A stretch of 64,000 nucleotides of DNA, from assembly GCA_964567785.1 (NCBI GenBank), contig CAZMOK010000009.1, positions 224 to 64,223 of the forward strand, in the 5' to 3' direction. The translations under genes were made by a program, and so were the position numbers. Under the pieces are notes generated by a model. The model saw only the letters and a program-made list of their open reading frames with translations, was not told the origin of the DNA and did no database searches. Source of the stretch: an uncultured Bacteroidales bacterium (GTDB lineage: Bacteria > Bacteroidota > Bacteroidia > Bacteroidales > JAGOPY01). Shown here one piece after another: positions 52,701 to 62,184 of the stretch (positions within the stretch are counted from its first letter, which is position 1; each line of letters starts with the position of its first letter).

Positions 52701-53539
52701 CTTATAAGTCCAAATTTATTTTTCAAATAGCTGGTCACCAAAAGCCACATTTTCATTGTATCAGAAACCCTGTACCTTTTTTTAACAATATTGGAAGAGT
52801 CGGTGCGTCTGATCTTTTTAAAAAGCTGGAGGTAATAGACGTAGGCAAGATAAACACCGAGCCTTGCACGCGGATCAAGCTTCTTTATACCGATGTAAGC
52901 TTCATCAAAATCGGCCTTTATGTCGTCCTCGATCTTCTTTTTTGTTTCGTTGTCGAAATTATCAAAATCTACATCCGGAAAGTAGGTCCTGCCTCTTTCA
53001 ATGTAATCGGCTTTGAGATCCCTCAGGAAATTGACTTTCTGGAAGGCCTCACCCAGTTTCCGCGCAAAAGGGACCATATCAGTATACCCGTTTTGCGGGA
53101 TGCTGAAAACACGCAGGCACATAAGCCCAACAACCTCTGCCGAACCATAAACGTATTTCTTGAAGCCTTTTTCGCTGTAGTCTGTTTCATACAGATCCAT
53201 CTCCATGCTTTCAAGGAATGAATCTATCAGGTCCCTCTCAATACCGTAGGTATTAACAACCCACTGGAAACTGTGCAAAATGGGATTGCTGCTAATGCCT
53301 TTATTGAGGGCTTCGTGTGTTTCCTTCCTGAATTTTTCAAATAACTCTTTCTGGTCGTGCCCATGGAAAGTATCGACTATTTCATCGGCAAATCTTACGA
53401 ATCCATAAATAGCATATATGGGTTTCCTGAATTCCTTATCCAGGACTCTGACACCCAACGAAAACGATGTGCTGTAGTTTTCAGTGGTTTTTTTGCTTAC
53501 ATCAAGTGAATTAAGCGTATACAGGTCCATATTTTTCAA
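52697..53539 (-). CDS. crtB: phytoene synthase
   Basis: SFSLGVR..LDKEFRKPIYAIYGFVRFADEIVD and YVYGSAEVVGLMCLRVF are the two Asp-rich-region contexts of the squalene/phytoene synthase family. Confidence 0.85.
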   Translation of the reverse strand: MKNMDLYTLNSLDVSKKTTENYSTSFSLGVRVLDKEFRKPIYAIYGFVRFADEIVDTFHGHDQKELFEKFRKETHEALNKGISSNPILHSFQWVVNTYGIERDLIDSFLESMEMDLYETDYSEKGFKKYVYGSAEVVGLMCLRVFSIPQNGYTDMVPFARKLGEAFQKVNFLRDLKADYIERGRTYFPDVDFDNFDNETKKKIEDDIKADFDEAYIGIKKLDPRARLGVYLAYVYYLQLFKKIRRTDSSNIVKKRYRVSDTMKMWLLVTSYLKNKFGLIR

Positions 53540-54998
53540 GTATCCGTTCTGTTACTAACCTTGAGCTGATAACTGTCATCGGCAGGCCGGTCCCCGGTAC
53601 GGTGGAGGCCCCGACATAAAAAACATTGCCATATTTTTCATCAAAATTCTTAGGCCTGAAACCGCCTATCTGGTTAAGGTCATGCGCCAGTCCAAGGCCG
53701 CTACCCTTGTACAGATTGAAAGCCTGTTCCCAGTCTACCGGGTCCTTAATAGTTAGTGTCATCAGGTTTTTCTTGATGTCGAACCCTGTACGGGCCGAAA
53801 GGTCAGTGAGTATATTGTCGGCAAGCTCTTCACGATCCGACCAGTCGGGTTTGTACCTGAGGTCAGGCACCGGGCAAAGGATAAAAAGATTTTCGCAGCC
53901 TTCGGGAGCAGTGTCCAGGTTATATCTTGAATTCACATTAACGTAATAATATGGCTTTTTCAGGCTGACCGAATTCTTGAAGATCTTGCTGGTATAGTCC
54001 TTGAAGTTCTCTCCAAGAAAATAAGTGTGGTGATGAAGGTTGTCGATCTTGCCCTTGACACCTATATAAAGTGTATATGGCCCCAGCGTCCATTTTTTCT
54101 TGTCCAGTTTTTCTTCGGTAAATTTTTTCCTTTTGAAGACCGATGACCTGAACCCTGCAGCATCTGCGTTGATAACATAAAGGTCAGCTTCCCAGCGTTT
54201 TCCTTCACTGTCGATAAGCGCATCGATCTCTCCGTCATTTTCAGAGTAGCCTGTGATCTCAGTATTGTAAACTATATTGATATCTTCTTTTTCAAAAGTC
54301 CTGAGAAGTCCTTCAACTATCTTGTACATACCTCCTTTTACGTTATGATACCCGTCGTGTACCATTTCGGTATACGACAGGAGGCTGTAAACGGCCGGCG
54401 TATCGAAGGGAGTTGCTCCCAGGAAGAACGATACGAGTGAGAAGATCACTTTGACCTCGTGCGAAGTGAAATGACGTTCCATTTCCTTCCACATGGTCCG
54501 TATCATTTTTGGGGCATGCCCCCAGGGTACCGTTGCCAGTGCCATGAGGAAGGTAAATACATTGTCGAAATTCCTTTTGATTACAATATCTTCGGTAGAA
54601 TGAAAAAGCCTTCCGGCAGAATCCAGGTACTTGCGCATCTTTTCTTCAAGCTCAGGTTCTATTTCTTCAAATTCTTCTGCCAGTTTTTTAAGGTCCTTAT
54701 AGATCATGAAAGGCTCTTTCCTGTCGGCAAAGTAAACTGCATAAAGGGGGTCAAGCTCGATGAATTCAAAGGGCATGTCGATCTTGCAGTAATCAATAAA
54801 TTCTTTGAATTCATAGCTCATACTGAAAAAAGAAGGCCCGAAGTCAAACGTAAATCCATCCTTTTTTAATTGATTCAGCCGGCCGCCTGCCTGGTGATAT
54901 TTTTCTACCATCTCAACCGTATAACCGTTTTTTGCTAGCCTCAGGGCTGTGGTGAGACCCCCCAAGCCTGTTCCTACTATTAGGGCTTTCTTTTTCAT
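53511..54998 (-). CDS. crtI: phytoene desaturase
   Basis: KKALIVGTGLGGLTTALRLAKNGYTVEMVEKYHQAGGR dinucleotide fold. 495 aa, with C-terminal VGASTVPGTGLPMTVISS. Confidence 0.9.
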   Translation of the reverse strand: MKKKALIVGTGLGGLTTALRLAKNGYTVEMVEKYHQAGGRLNQLKKDGFTFDFGPSFFSMSYEFKEFIDYCKIDMPFEFIELDPLYAVYFADRKEPFMIYKDLKKLAEEFEEIEPELEEKMRKYLDSAGRLFHSTEDIVIKRNFDNVFTFLMALATVPWGHAPKMIRTMWKEMERHFTSHEVKVIFSLVSFFLGATPFDTPAVYSLLSYTEMVHDGYHNVKGGMYKIVEGLLRTFEKEDINIVYNTEITGYSENDGEIDALIDSEGKRWEADLYVINADAAGFRSSVFKRKKFTEEKLDKKKWTLGPYTLYIGVKGKIDNLHHHTYFLGENFKDYTSKIFKNSVSLKKPYYYVNVNSRYNLDTAPEGCENLFILCPVPDLRYKPDWSDREELADNILTDLSARTGFDIKKNLMTLTIKDPVDWEQAFNLYKGSGLGLAHDLNQIGGFRPKNFDEKYGNVFYVGASTVPGTGLPMTVISSRLVTERILEKYGPVYA

Positions 54999-55037
54999 AG
55001 TTTATTCTTTGTGGAGTATTTTGGCCGGAATATTAAA

Positions 55038-55045
55038 CAAAAATA
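55038..55045 (-). promoter_or_regulatory. candidate -7 box TATTTTTG for crtI operon
   Basis: The - strand reads TATTTTTG (TAnnTTTG) about 40 nt upstream of the crtI ATG, in the divergent crtI/crtD spacer. Confidence 0.3.
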
Positions 55046-55087
55046 TACTACTTTGGTTTAAAAGTACTTAATATTGTTAATAGAACA

Positions 55088-56560
55088 ATGCGAAATGTAA
55101 TTATAATCGGAGCAGGTATATCCGGAATGGCAACTGCCATACGACTTGCTGCCAGAGGTTTCCGGGTAGATGTTTTTGAGCAGTCGGATAAGCCCGGGGG
55201 CAAGATAGCCCAGTTCACGAAAGATGGATTCCGCTTCGATATGGGGCCTTCACTCTTTACCATGCCAGAATATGTTGAAGAACTTTTTCGAATTGCCGGG
55301 GTTGAAGTTTCAGGTAATTTCAGTTACCAAAAGCTGGAAGTTGTTACAAAATATTTCTTCGAAGATGGTAGTGAGATCATTGCCTATTCCGATCCCGAAA
55401 AATTTGCTGATGAAATAGGATTGAAAACCAGTGAAGAGGCCGGCAGGGTGAAAGAATACCTCGATAAAAGCGCAGAATTGTATAACATCACCGCAGAGGT
55501 ATTTATCAGGAACTCTCTCCATTATATACCTAATTTTTTCTCAAAGCCTTTTTTGAAAGCATATTCAAAGATCCATAAGCTGAATGCCTTCAGGTCGATG
55601 CATGCCGAGAATTCAAGATGGTTCAGTGACGAAAGGGTGATCAACCTTTTCGACAGGTTTGCCACGTATAATGGCAGCAACCCCTACCAGGCTCCAGCTA
55701 CGCTGAATGTTATTCCCCACCTTGAGCATAATATCGGGGCTTTTTTTCCGGAGAAGGGAATGTATGGTATCATAGATTCCCTTTACAGTTTAGCCAGGCA
55801 ACTCGGTGTTGATTTTCATTTCAATGAGCCGGTCGAACGCCTTGATGTAGAGGATAAACAAGTAAAATCAATAACCACGGCAAAAGGTGATAAGCATTCC
55901 GGGATCGTTGTCAGCAGCATCGACGTTCATGCTTTCTATAAAAACATTTATCCCGATCCCGGAAAGCTAAAGAAAATAGAGAAGCAGCAAAGATCTACTT
56001 CCGCTCTCATCTTTTACTGGGGCATTGATAATGAATTTCCGAAACTGGACACACACAACATCCTCTTTTCTTCCGATTATAAAGAGGAATTCGAACACCT
56101 GTTCTTTAAAAAAACAATATATCACGATCCAACGGTATATATTTTCATCAGTTCAAAGCAGGTGAATGAAGACGCACCCGAAGGAAAGGAAAATTGGTTT
56201 GTGATGATCAATGTTCCCGAGAATGACGACCATGATTGGGAGAAACTCAAAGTTGAAGCCAGAAAAGCCATTATCAGGAAAATAAACAGAATGCTGGATA
56301 CAGACATCGAGAAACTGGTCCTTTTTGAGGAAAGCCTCGATCCGGAAGGGATCGAAAGCAGGACCTCCTCTTACAAGGGTTCCCTTTACGGGTCCAGTTC
56401 GAACAGCCGTTTTTCGGCCTTCAGAAGGCATCCGAACTTCTCTTCGGATATTGATGGCCTGTATTTCACCGGTGGCAGCGTACATCCGGGAGGGGGCATA
56501 CCCCTCTGCCTTTCTTCCGCAGCAATAGTTGATGAAAGTATCCTTAAAAAATCCCTATGA
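55088..56560 (+). CDS. CrtI-family carotenoid desaturase (CrtD-like)
   Basis: NVIIIGAGISGMATAIRLAARGFRVDVFEQSDKPGGK, 490 aa, with C-terminal FTGGSVHPGGGIP. It is a paralog of crtI heading the divergent operon. Confidence 0.75.
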   Translation: MRNVIIIGAGISGMATAIRLAARGFRVDVFEQSDKPGGKIAQFTKDGFRFDMGPSLFTMPEYVEELFRIAGVEVSGNFSYQKLEVVTKYFFEDGSEIIAYSDPEKFADEIGLKTSEEAGRVKEYLDKSAELYNITAEVFIRNSLHYIPNFFSKPFLKAYSKIHKLNAFRSMHAENSRWFSDERVINLFDRFATYNGSNPYQAPATLNVIPHLEHNIGAFFPEKGMYGIIDSLYSLARQLGVDFHFNEPVERLDVEDKQVKSITTAKGDKHSGIVVSSIDVHAFYKNIYPDPGKLKKIEKQQRSTSALIFYWGIDNEFPKLDTHNILFSSDYKEEFEHLFFKKTIYHDPTVYIFISSKQVNEDAPEGKENWFVMINVPENDDHDWEKLKVEARKAIIRKINRMLDTDIEKLVLFEESLDPEGIESRTSSYKGSLYGSSSNSRFSAFRRHPNFSSDIDGLYFTGGSVHPGGGIPLCLSSAAIVDESILKKSL

Positions 56561-56563
56561 GGT

Positions 56564-57211
56564 ATGGAATTGAATATCCTTAAAAAGAATCACGGCCTGA
56601 TCTCAGTTGTCATAGTAATTTTTTACTCTGTCGGTATAGCGGGGCTCAGTATTGAATTTTCAAGGGAAATATTCAGGCAGCTTGTTCCGCTGACCTTGCT
56701 GGCTTCCGCTGTACTGATGCTTTTAATGGATGAATCCGGGTCAAGGCGCCTCTGGTGGATATTGATATTCATATATTTCTCGAGTTTCCTGGTAGAAATG
56801 GCAGGGGTAAACACCGGTCTTATTTTTGGTGAATACGAGTATGGTAAAACGCTCGGGTTCAAGATATTGGGCACCCCCCTCATCATCGGGATAAACTGGA
56901 TAATCCTTGTTTATGCTATCTGGCAATCGATCGGCAACTTAAAGATGCATGGTATCCTTAAGGTCATAATTGCCTCAGTTGCAATGGTGATCTATGATTT
57001 TGCACTTGAACCAATTGCGATCATACTCGATATGTGGTCGTGGGGAATTGGTGATATACCTGTTCAAAACTATATTGCCTGGTTCGTGATTTCCCTTGTG
57101 TTTTTTACTATCCTTAAATTTGCCCGGGTGAGGATTAGGAACAGGATCTCACTTGTTCTGTTATTGACCCAGTTCTTTTTCTTTGTTATTTTGAATTTCA
57201 CTCTCAAATAG
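56564..57211 (+). CDS. carotenoid biosynthesis membrane protein (DUF422/CruF-like hydratase family)
   Basis: 215 aa with about 7 TM helices. FGEYEYG..LG.K..GTPL.IG.NW is the block I associate with the Caroten_synth family. Cluster context supports the call. Confidence 0.55.
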   Translation: MELNILKKNHGLISVVIVIFYSVGIAGLSIEFSREIFRQLVPLTLLASAVLMLLMDESGSRRLWWILIFIYFSSFLVEMAGVNTGLIFGEYEYGKTLGFKILGTPLIIGINWIILVYAIWQSIGNLKMHGILKVIIASVAMVIYDFALEPIAIILDMWSWGIGDIPVQNYIAWFVISLVFFTILKFARVRIRNRISLVLLLTQFFFFVILNFTLK

Positions 57212-57237
57212 AAAATCTGAATGAATCAAGGTCACAA

Positions 57238-57855
57238 ATGATACCTGCCAATCATAAAAGAATATATCTTTGGTTTTTCAGGCACTATTCAAGCCTGATG
57301 ATCAACAGAAGCTTCAGTCTGGTAAGGGTTCACAGTGATTTTGAAGACCGGGGCAGGCCACTTCTGCTGATTGGCAACCACTTTAGCTGGTGGGACGGCT
57401 TTTTTGCGATCTATCTTAACAACCTGCATTTCCGCCGCAAATTTTATGTCATGATGCTGGAAAAGCAACTTTCCAGAAGGATGTTCCTCAGCAAGGCCGG
57501 AGCTTTTTCCATTAAGAAGGGATCCAGGTCGGTGATCGAAAGTATCGACTATGCCGCCTCAATACTAAGGCATCCGGAAAATATTCTTGTTATGTACCCC
57601 CAGGGTGAGATCGAATCCCTGCATAAACGGCCACTCCTTTTTCAAAAGGGTATTGCCGATGTCTGCAAGAGAGCCGGCGGAGATTTCGATATAGTTTTTT
57701 ACGCTGCACTGGTGGATTATTTTTCCAGAAGGAAACCTTCGCTTCAGTTTTATGTTAAGACTCATGACAAGAAAAAAGTCATTACAGAGGATTCCCTGCA
57801 GGATGCCTACAATGATTTTTATAACTCTTGCATAATAAGGCAAAAGGAAAAATGA
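57238..57855 (+). CDS. PlsC-like acyltransferase
   Basis: The HX4D motif occurs in GNHFSWWDG, with a downstream MYPQGE block. It sits in the carotenoid cluster. Confidence 0.65.
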   Translation: MIPANHKRIYLWFFRHYSSLMINRSFSLVRVHSDFEDRGRPLLLIGNHFSWWDGFFAIYLNNLHFRRKFYVMMLEKQLSRRMFLSKAGAFSIKKGSRSVIESIDYAASILRHPENILVMYPQGEIESLHKRPLLFQKGIADVCKRAGGDFDIVFYAALVDYFSRRKPSLQFYVKTHDKKKVITEDSLQDAYNDFYNSCIIRQKEK

Positions 57856-58955
57856 TCGAGATCATTGCTTATATCGCTTTCGGTTTTCTCCTGATCAGGC
57901 TGGGGGTAGGCCTGCTTAACCTTTTGTCATCAACGGGATTGAAGGAGGGCGAACCGGATGTTTTACCTTTTGTGTCGATACTTATTCCTGCGAGGAATGA
58001 GGAACAGAGCCTCCCTGATTTGCTCCGGCAGATTGATTCACTGTATTATCCCGGGTTTGAAGTAATGGTTTATGATGATGAATCCACTGACGGAACTTTG
58101 AAGATGCTCGAAGAAGCCGCTAAGAATTACAAGTGGCTTTCCGTCGTCAAAGGTATTGGACTGCCCGAAGGCTGGCTTGGGAAGAACCATGCATGTCACC
58201 GGCTTGCAGAGAGAGCTGAAGGGGAATACCTGATCTTTCTCGATGCGGATGTTCATATTGAGCCTTCAGTAATAAAAGACAGCCTGTCGTCGATGAAAAA
58301 AAGCAAGGTGGATTTGTTATCGGTGTTTCCGCAGCAAATGATGGGATCGTTCGGAGAGTGGCTTACTGTGCCTGTTATGAACCAGATACTTGTCAGTTTG
58401 CTGCCTCTTTACCTTGTAAGGAACAGCAGTTGGAAGGACTTTGCAGCAGCAAACGGGCAATTCATGCTTTTCAAAGCGGGTAATTACAGGAAACACCGGT
58501 ATCACGAAATGTTTCGCGACGATCCGGTTGAGGATATCCGGATAATGAGGGAAATGAAAAGACTGGGGTATCCCGTTAAAACTTTCCTGAGTAACGGCCA
58601 GGTATCTTGCAGGATGTATCGTTCATTCAACGAAGCAGTCACAGGGTTTTCCAAAAATGTGATTGAATTCTTCGGTGGCAGATTGGTTCTTATACTGCTT
58701 TACCTTTTCCTGACGAATTTTGGATTCGTTTTTATCCTTCTCGGATTACCCCTGTATTCATTCGTGGTGTACCTGGGCCTTTCGATCATCTTAAAAGGGA
58801 TAACATCGTGGGTAAGCAGGCAGAAAATATTGCCCAACCTTCTGTTGCTTCCTTTCCAGCAAATTTCACTGAACATAATAGTGTTTTCTGCCATCAGCAA
58901 AAGACTGTCAGGATATATGAGGTGGAAAGGAAGGAATATCCGGATCCGATCATAG
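57852..58955 (+). CDS. family-2 glycosyltransferase with a C-terminal membrane domain
   Basis: VSILIPARNEE, the DDESTDGT motif and FLDADV (DXD). The start overlaps the upstream stop (ATGA). Confidence 0.75.
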   Translation: MIEIIAYIAFGFLLIRLGVGLLNLLSSTGLKEGEPDVLPFVSILIPARNEEQSLPDLLRQIDSLYYPGFEVMVYDDESTDGTLKMLEEAAKNYKWLSVVKGIGLPEGWLGKNHACHRLAERAEGEYLIFLDADVHIEPSVIKDSLSSMKKSKVDLLSVFPQQMMGSFGEWLTVPVMNQILVSLLPLYLVRNSSWKDFAAANGQFMLFKAGNYRKHRYHEMFRDDPVEDIRIMREMKRLGYPVKTFLSNGQVSCRMYRSFNEAVTGFSKNVIEFFGGRLVLILLYLFLTNFGFVFILLGLPLYSFVVYLGLSIILKGITSWVSRQKILPNLLLLPFQQISLNIIVFSAISKRLSGYMRWKGRNIRIRS

Positions 58956-59684
58956 GTCTTCTATAAGCTGCTCCATTTTCTCAAAATGCGAACCCCGCCA
59001 GTATATTTTATGGCACCTGCTGCAACGGTAAAAATCATCGAAGGCTTCCCTGGTGCCTTCCTCCAGTTCGCTTTCGACCATATTTTTGGAGACCTTCTGC
59101 AGAAGGCCGTTGCAATCCATGCAGATTGAAAAAGGTTCCAGGTTCTTTTTGAGGTCGAAGCGCCTTACAATTTCCTTCAATTGCTTTTTGGGATCAGTCG
59201 ACCTGACATAATATCCATGAGTGACCTTCCCGTTTTTCAATATCTGCAGGTCCCTGGTGAGGATTATCCTTTTGTCCTGCTTTGCCTTTTCAACAATAAA
59301 ATCATCTTCCAGGTCATTGTCGTAATAGGAATCAAAGCCCAGCATCCGCAGGTACCTGACAAGTTTTCCAAGATGAACGTCCAATATGAAACGGGTGGTG
59401 CGGAGAGGTTCGGGCCGCAACCTCGTTACATTGGAAACATCAAGGCTTTCGAACACAGGGTACACTGCTATTCTTTCGTTATCAGAGGGTTTGTAGATGA
59501 AATCGACAGAATTATCCCCTGCAAGGATGAGATCCACCTCTGTGTGAGGAACCCCTTCGGCTTCGATAATATCTTTGATGTTCTGATGGGAAGCAACCCT
59601 GATCTGGTAAGTTTTCTTCTTTTTCAGGTGAGGGAGGAAATCATTCAGTTCTTCATAAAACCTTATACGTACAGTTTTTCCCAT
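58950..59684 (-). CDS. Mut7-C (DUF82) RNase-domain protein with an N-terminal ubiquitin-like domain
   Basis: RFILDVHLGKLVRYLRMLGFD (PIN-like core) and a C-terminal zinc ribbon (CMDCNG...CSRCHKIYWRGSH). Confidence 0.7.
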   Translation of the reverse strand: MGKTVRIRFYEELNDFLPHLKKKKTYQIRVASHQNIKDIIEAEGVPHTEVDLILAGDNSVDFIYKPSDNERIAVYPVFESLDVSNVTRLRPEPLRTTRFILDVHLGKLVRYLRMLGFDSYYDNDLEDDFIVEKAKQDKRIILTRDLQILKNGKVTHGYYVRSTDPKKQLKEIVRRFDLKKNLEPFSICMDCNGLLQKVSKNMVESELEEGTREAFDDFYRCSRCHKIYWRGSHFEKMEQLIEDL

Positions 59685-59692
59685 CCTGTGGA

Positions 59693-60436
59693 TTACACTG
59701 CCTGTTTTTCTGCTGAATTTTGGTTTTCGGCTACAGGGCTACTTTTAGGTTTAACATCTATCTCTCTTAAGATGTAAAGGTACTTTAAAACAAAGTAGGC
59801 TCCTACTGCGCTGAAAACATGCCATAGAAAATGAGTGCCCATCGGGAGGAAAGATATTTCAATCGCATCAAGCTGGCGGAATAGCAGTGCGATCATAAAA
59901 GGAATAATAGCGCCTGCTACAGTGAGTGAATGCCTGAATTTTGTTTTTATGAGTATGATCAGCAAGGGCAGGGCAACGATGATACCTGTAGTAAAGTAGG
60001 ATACGTTGATAGCTACATGTTGTGGCAGGTTTCCCCAAAACAGGCCCCTGACAAGGAATGCCGGGATGATCACAAAAAATACGTACCACCATCTTTTGAA
60101 TATCTTGATCCAGAGATAAATACTGATAGATAGCGTGAGAATGGCTGACGGAAGAAAATCCATCACAAGGAAAGCCGTTGATACCCTGAAGCCGTGAAAA
60201 AGGGCACTTCCCAGGCCACCCAGTATTATAAGTGGTATGGCAAAAAGCATGAAGCGGTAATGTGAGAAATTGCCCCTGATTAGGAAAAGCCAGTAAAAGG
60301 CAGGTATGAGGATCAGCAGGGAAGAAAATGCATTCCATGGCTCAACAATGAAATTACCCAGTTCTGTTTCTGCATACACCGGTCCGCCATCGGGGAGACT
60401 CTGATTATACCAATCGTTATAGTTTTCTTGTACCAT
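59693..60436 (-). CDS. polytopic membrane protein, ceramidase-like
   Basis: 7 TM helices. EPWNAFSSL near TM1 and conserved His residues (LFHGF, HFLWH) resemble the alkaline ceramidase/YPC fold. The assignment is weak. Confidence 0.35.
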   Translation of the reverse strand: MVQENYNDWYNQSLPDGGPVYAETELGNFIVEPWNAFSSLLILIPAFYWLFLIRGNFSHYRFMLFAIPLIILGGLGSALFHGFRVSTAFLVMDFLPSAILTLSISIYLWIKIFKRWWYVFFVIIPAFLVRGLFWGNLPQHVAINVSYFTTGIIVALPLLIILIKTKFRHSLTVAGAIIPFMIALLFRQLDAIEISFLPMGTHFLWHVFSAVGAYFVLKYLYILREIDVKPKSSPVAENQNSAEKQAV

Positions 60437-60476
60437 CCTGCCTGTAATTGGTTTTTGAAATTAACAATTTGATACA

Positions 60477-61970
60477 TTAATTGTTTGAAGAGGTTTTTAC
60501 CAGGTATATGCCTGATTTGTTGTTTGTTTCGACAATCCAGTCACCTGATCTTTGACCTTCCTTATAATCATCCATGCCCAGTTGATGACGGTAATAAGGG
60601 GTGAGGTAGATAAAGTCGATGTCAAATTCATCTGCTTTTGCAAGGAAACCCCTCCCGTATATGCGCGGGTCTTCTTTCTTCAACTCTGTGTAACACACCT
60701 CTCCGTGTATTCTGCCAAGATCCTCTATTTCATTGAAAATAAAGGTCATGGGAGCTATTATGTTTGTGCCCTCCAGGTTTTCCTGGCCAAGATACTTGTT
60801 GGTTATTTGCTCATTTGCGACCGGATTGAACTTGTTTAATGTAAGCTGGAAATTATAAAAAGCACTTCCGCCAATAAAAATTACCAGCAGAGCACCAAGA
60901 AGAAACCGGATCGTTTTCTGTGAACCAAATCTAAATTTACCAATCTCCTTATTACTTAACCAGCTAAATACTTTTGAGATCATTATAACCAGGAAAGGGA
61001 AATAGATCAGTATGTATTGTCGTGATTTATGTACTGCTGTCAACGCAGTGAGAATAAAAAGAAGAAGAGTGAACAATGATAATCGGGGATAATCCTTCCA
61101 GATCTTTTTTACGCCAACAAACAGAGTTGCAATAAGAAGTGCGCTGAATATGATTATTTTAGGATTGTGAAAAAAACGCTGTTGTTCTTTTAACAGATTT
61201 ACGAAGGGCTGCAAATACACAGGGATCCCGTTAATGCTGTCGAGGGCAGGGCTGGAGCTGAACTGGTAGTACCACCATGAAAAGGAATAATCGGCATTAA
61301 AATCAAAGAAATAGATGGAAGTGGTTACCAACGAAAACAGGCTGAAAACTATAGCACCTGCCCATCTGCGGTTTATCAACAGTAACAGGAAGCCGGCGCC
61401 GGTTACCACGATACCGTTGAGGTGGGTGGCAACTGCCAGTCCGCTCACCAGGCCTGCAGGTATCAGATAAACTACACTGGCATGGCCTTTTTTCAGGTAG
61501 TTTTCAAGAAAAATATATGCAGTGAAGGTAAAGGTCATGATCATGATCTCCGGCCTTAAGAGAAAACTGTATTTAAAGATCCATGGAAAAGAGAAAAAAA
61601 GGATCATTGAAAAAAGCCATTCATTAAACGACAGGATCTTTCTGATCCGCACTGCGTAGTAATAAAAAATGAACAAAAAAATAATGAAATAGATCAGGCT
61701 CACCGATTTGAGCGAATAAAGGGAAAACCCGAAAAGATCAATGAAGGCTGCACCGTGCAGGACCAGCAATTTGTGCGAAACGATAAGGTAATCTTCCTGT
61801 TCCGTTATACCCCGCATCAATTCTGACTTCACATGCCCGGCTTCATTCAGCCAGTATGCGTGCTCACCGATCCATGCGTCGTCAATATCAGGAGTTCTTC
61901 CGGGAATACTGGACAGGTAGATCAGCACCAGGAGAGAAAGTACCGTTAAGAGCCATTTTCTATCAAAAAG
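60477..61970 (-). CDS. ArnT/PMT-like (GT-C) membrane glycosyltransferase
   Basis: The start at 61970 gives MLFDRKWLLTVLSLLVLIYL. There are about 11 TM helices, an early DDAW-type loop (DIDDAWIGEHAYW) and a soluble C-terminal domain. Confidence 0.5.
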   Translation of the reverse strand, partial: LFDRKWLLTVLSLLVLIYLSSIPGRTPDIDDAWIGEHAYWLNEAGHVKSELMRGITEQEDYLIVSHKLLVLHGAAFIDLFGFSLYSLKSVSLIYFIIFLFIFYYYAVRIRKILSFNEWLFSMILFFSFPWIFKYSFLLRPEIMIMTFTFTAYIFLENYLKKGHASVVYLIPAGLVSGLAVATHLNGIVVTGAGFLLLLINRRWAGAIVFSLFSLVTTSIYFFDFNADYSFSWWYYQFSSSPALDSINGIPVYLQPFVNLLKEQQRFFHNPKIIIFSALLIATLFVGVKKIWKDYPRLSLFTLLLFILTALTAVHKSRQYILIYFPFLVIMISKVFSWLSNKEIGKFRFGSQKTIRFLLGALLVIFIGGSAFYNFQLTLNKFNPVANEQITNKYLGQENLEGTNIIAPMTFIFNEIEDLGRIHGEVCYTELKKEDPRIYGRGFLAKADEFDIDFIYLTPYYRHQLGMDDYKEGQRSGDWIVETNNKSGIYLVKTSSNN

Positions 61971-62184
61971 CATTTCCGGGAAAACAGGCCGTAAAGATAT
62001 GTTTTTTGAATTAAGTGATGCCAGTAAGTACAAAATCGACCGATCAACGACATTATCTTTATTATTTTACCTTATTTTGTCAGAACATTTTGCGGACTTA
62101 TCTGTATATAATCAATAAATTATCAACTGTTTCATTAGATTAGACTTTTATTTTAACCGGCCTAGTGCCAAAAATTCATTGTTT

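Noticed and set aside
52679-53221. 180-aa + strand ORF inside crtB
   Set aside because: It is antisense to phytoene synthase, which has family motifs and operon context.
59181-59777. 198-aa + strand ORF opposite the Mut7-C gene
   Set aside because: It is antisense to a gene with a recognisable PIN-like core and zinc ribbon.
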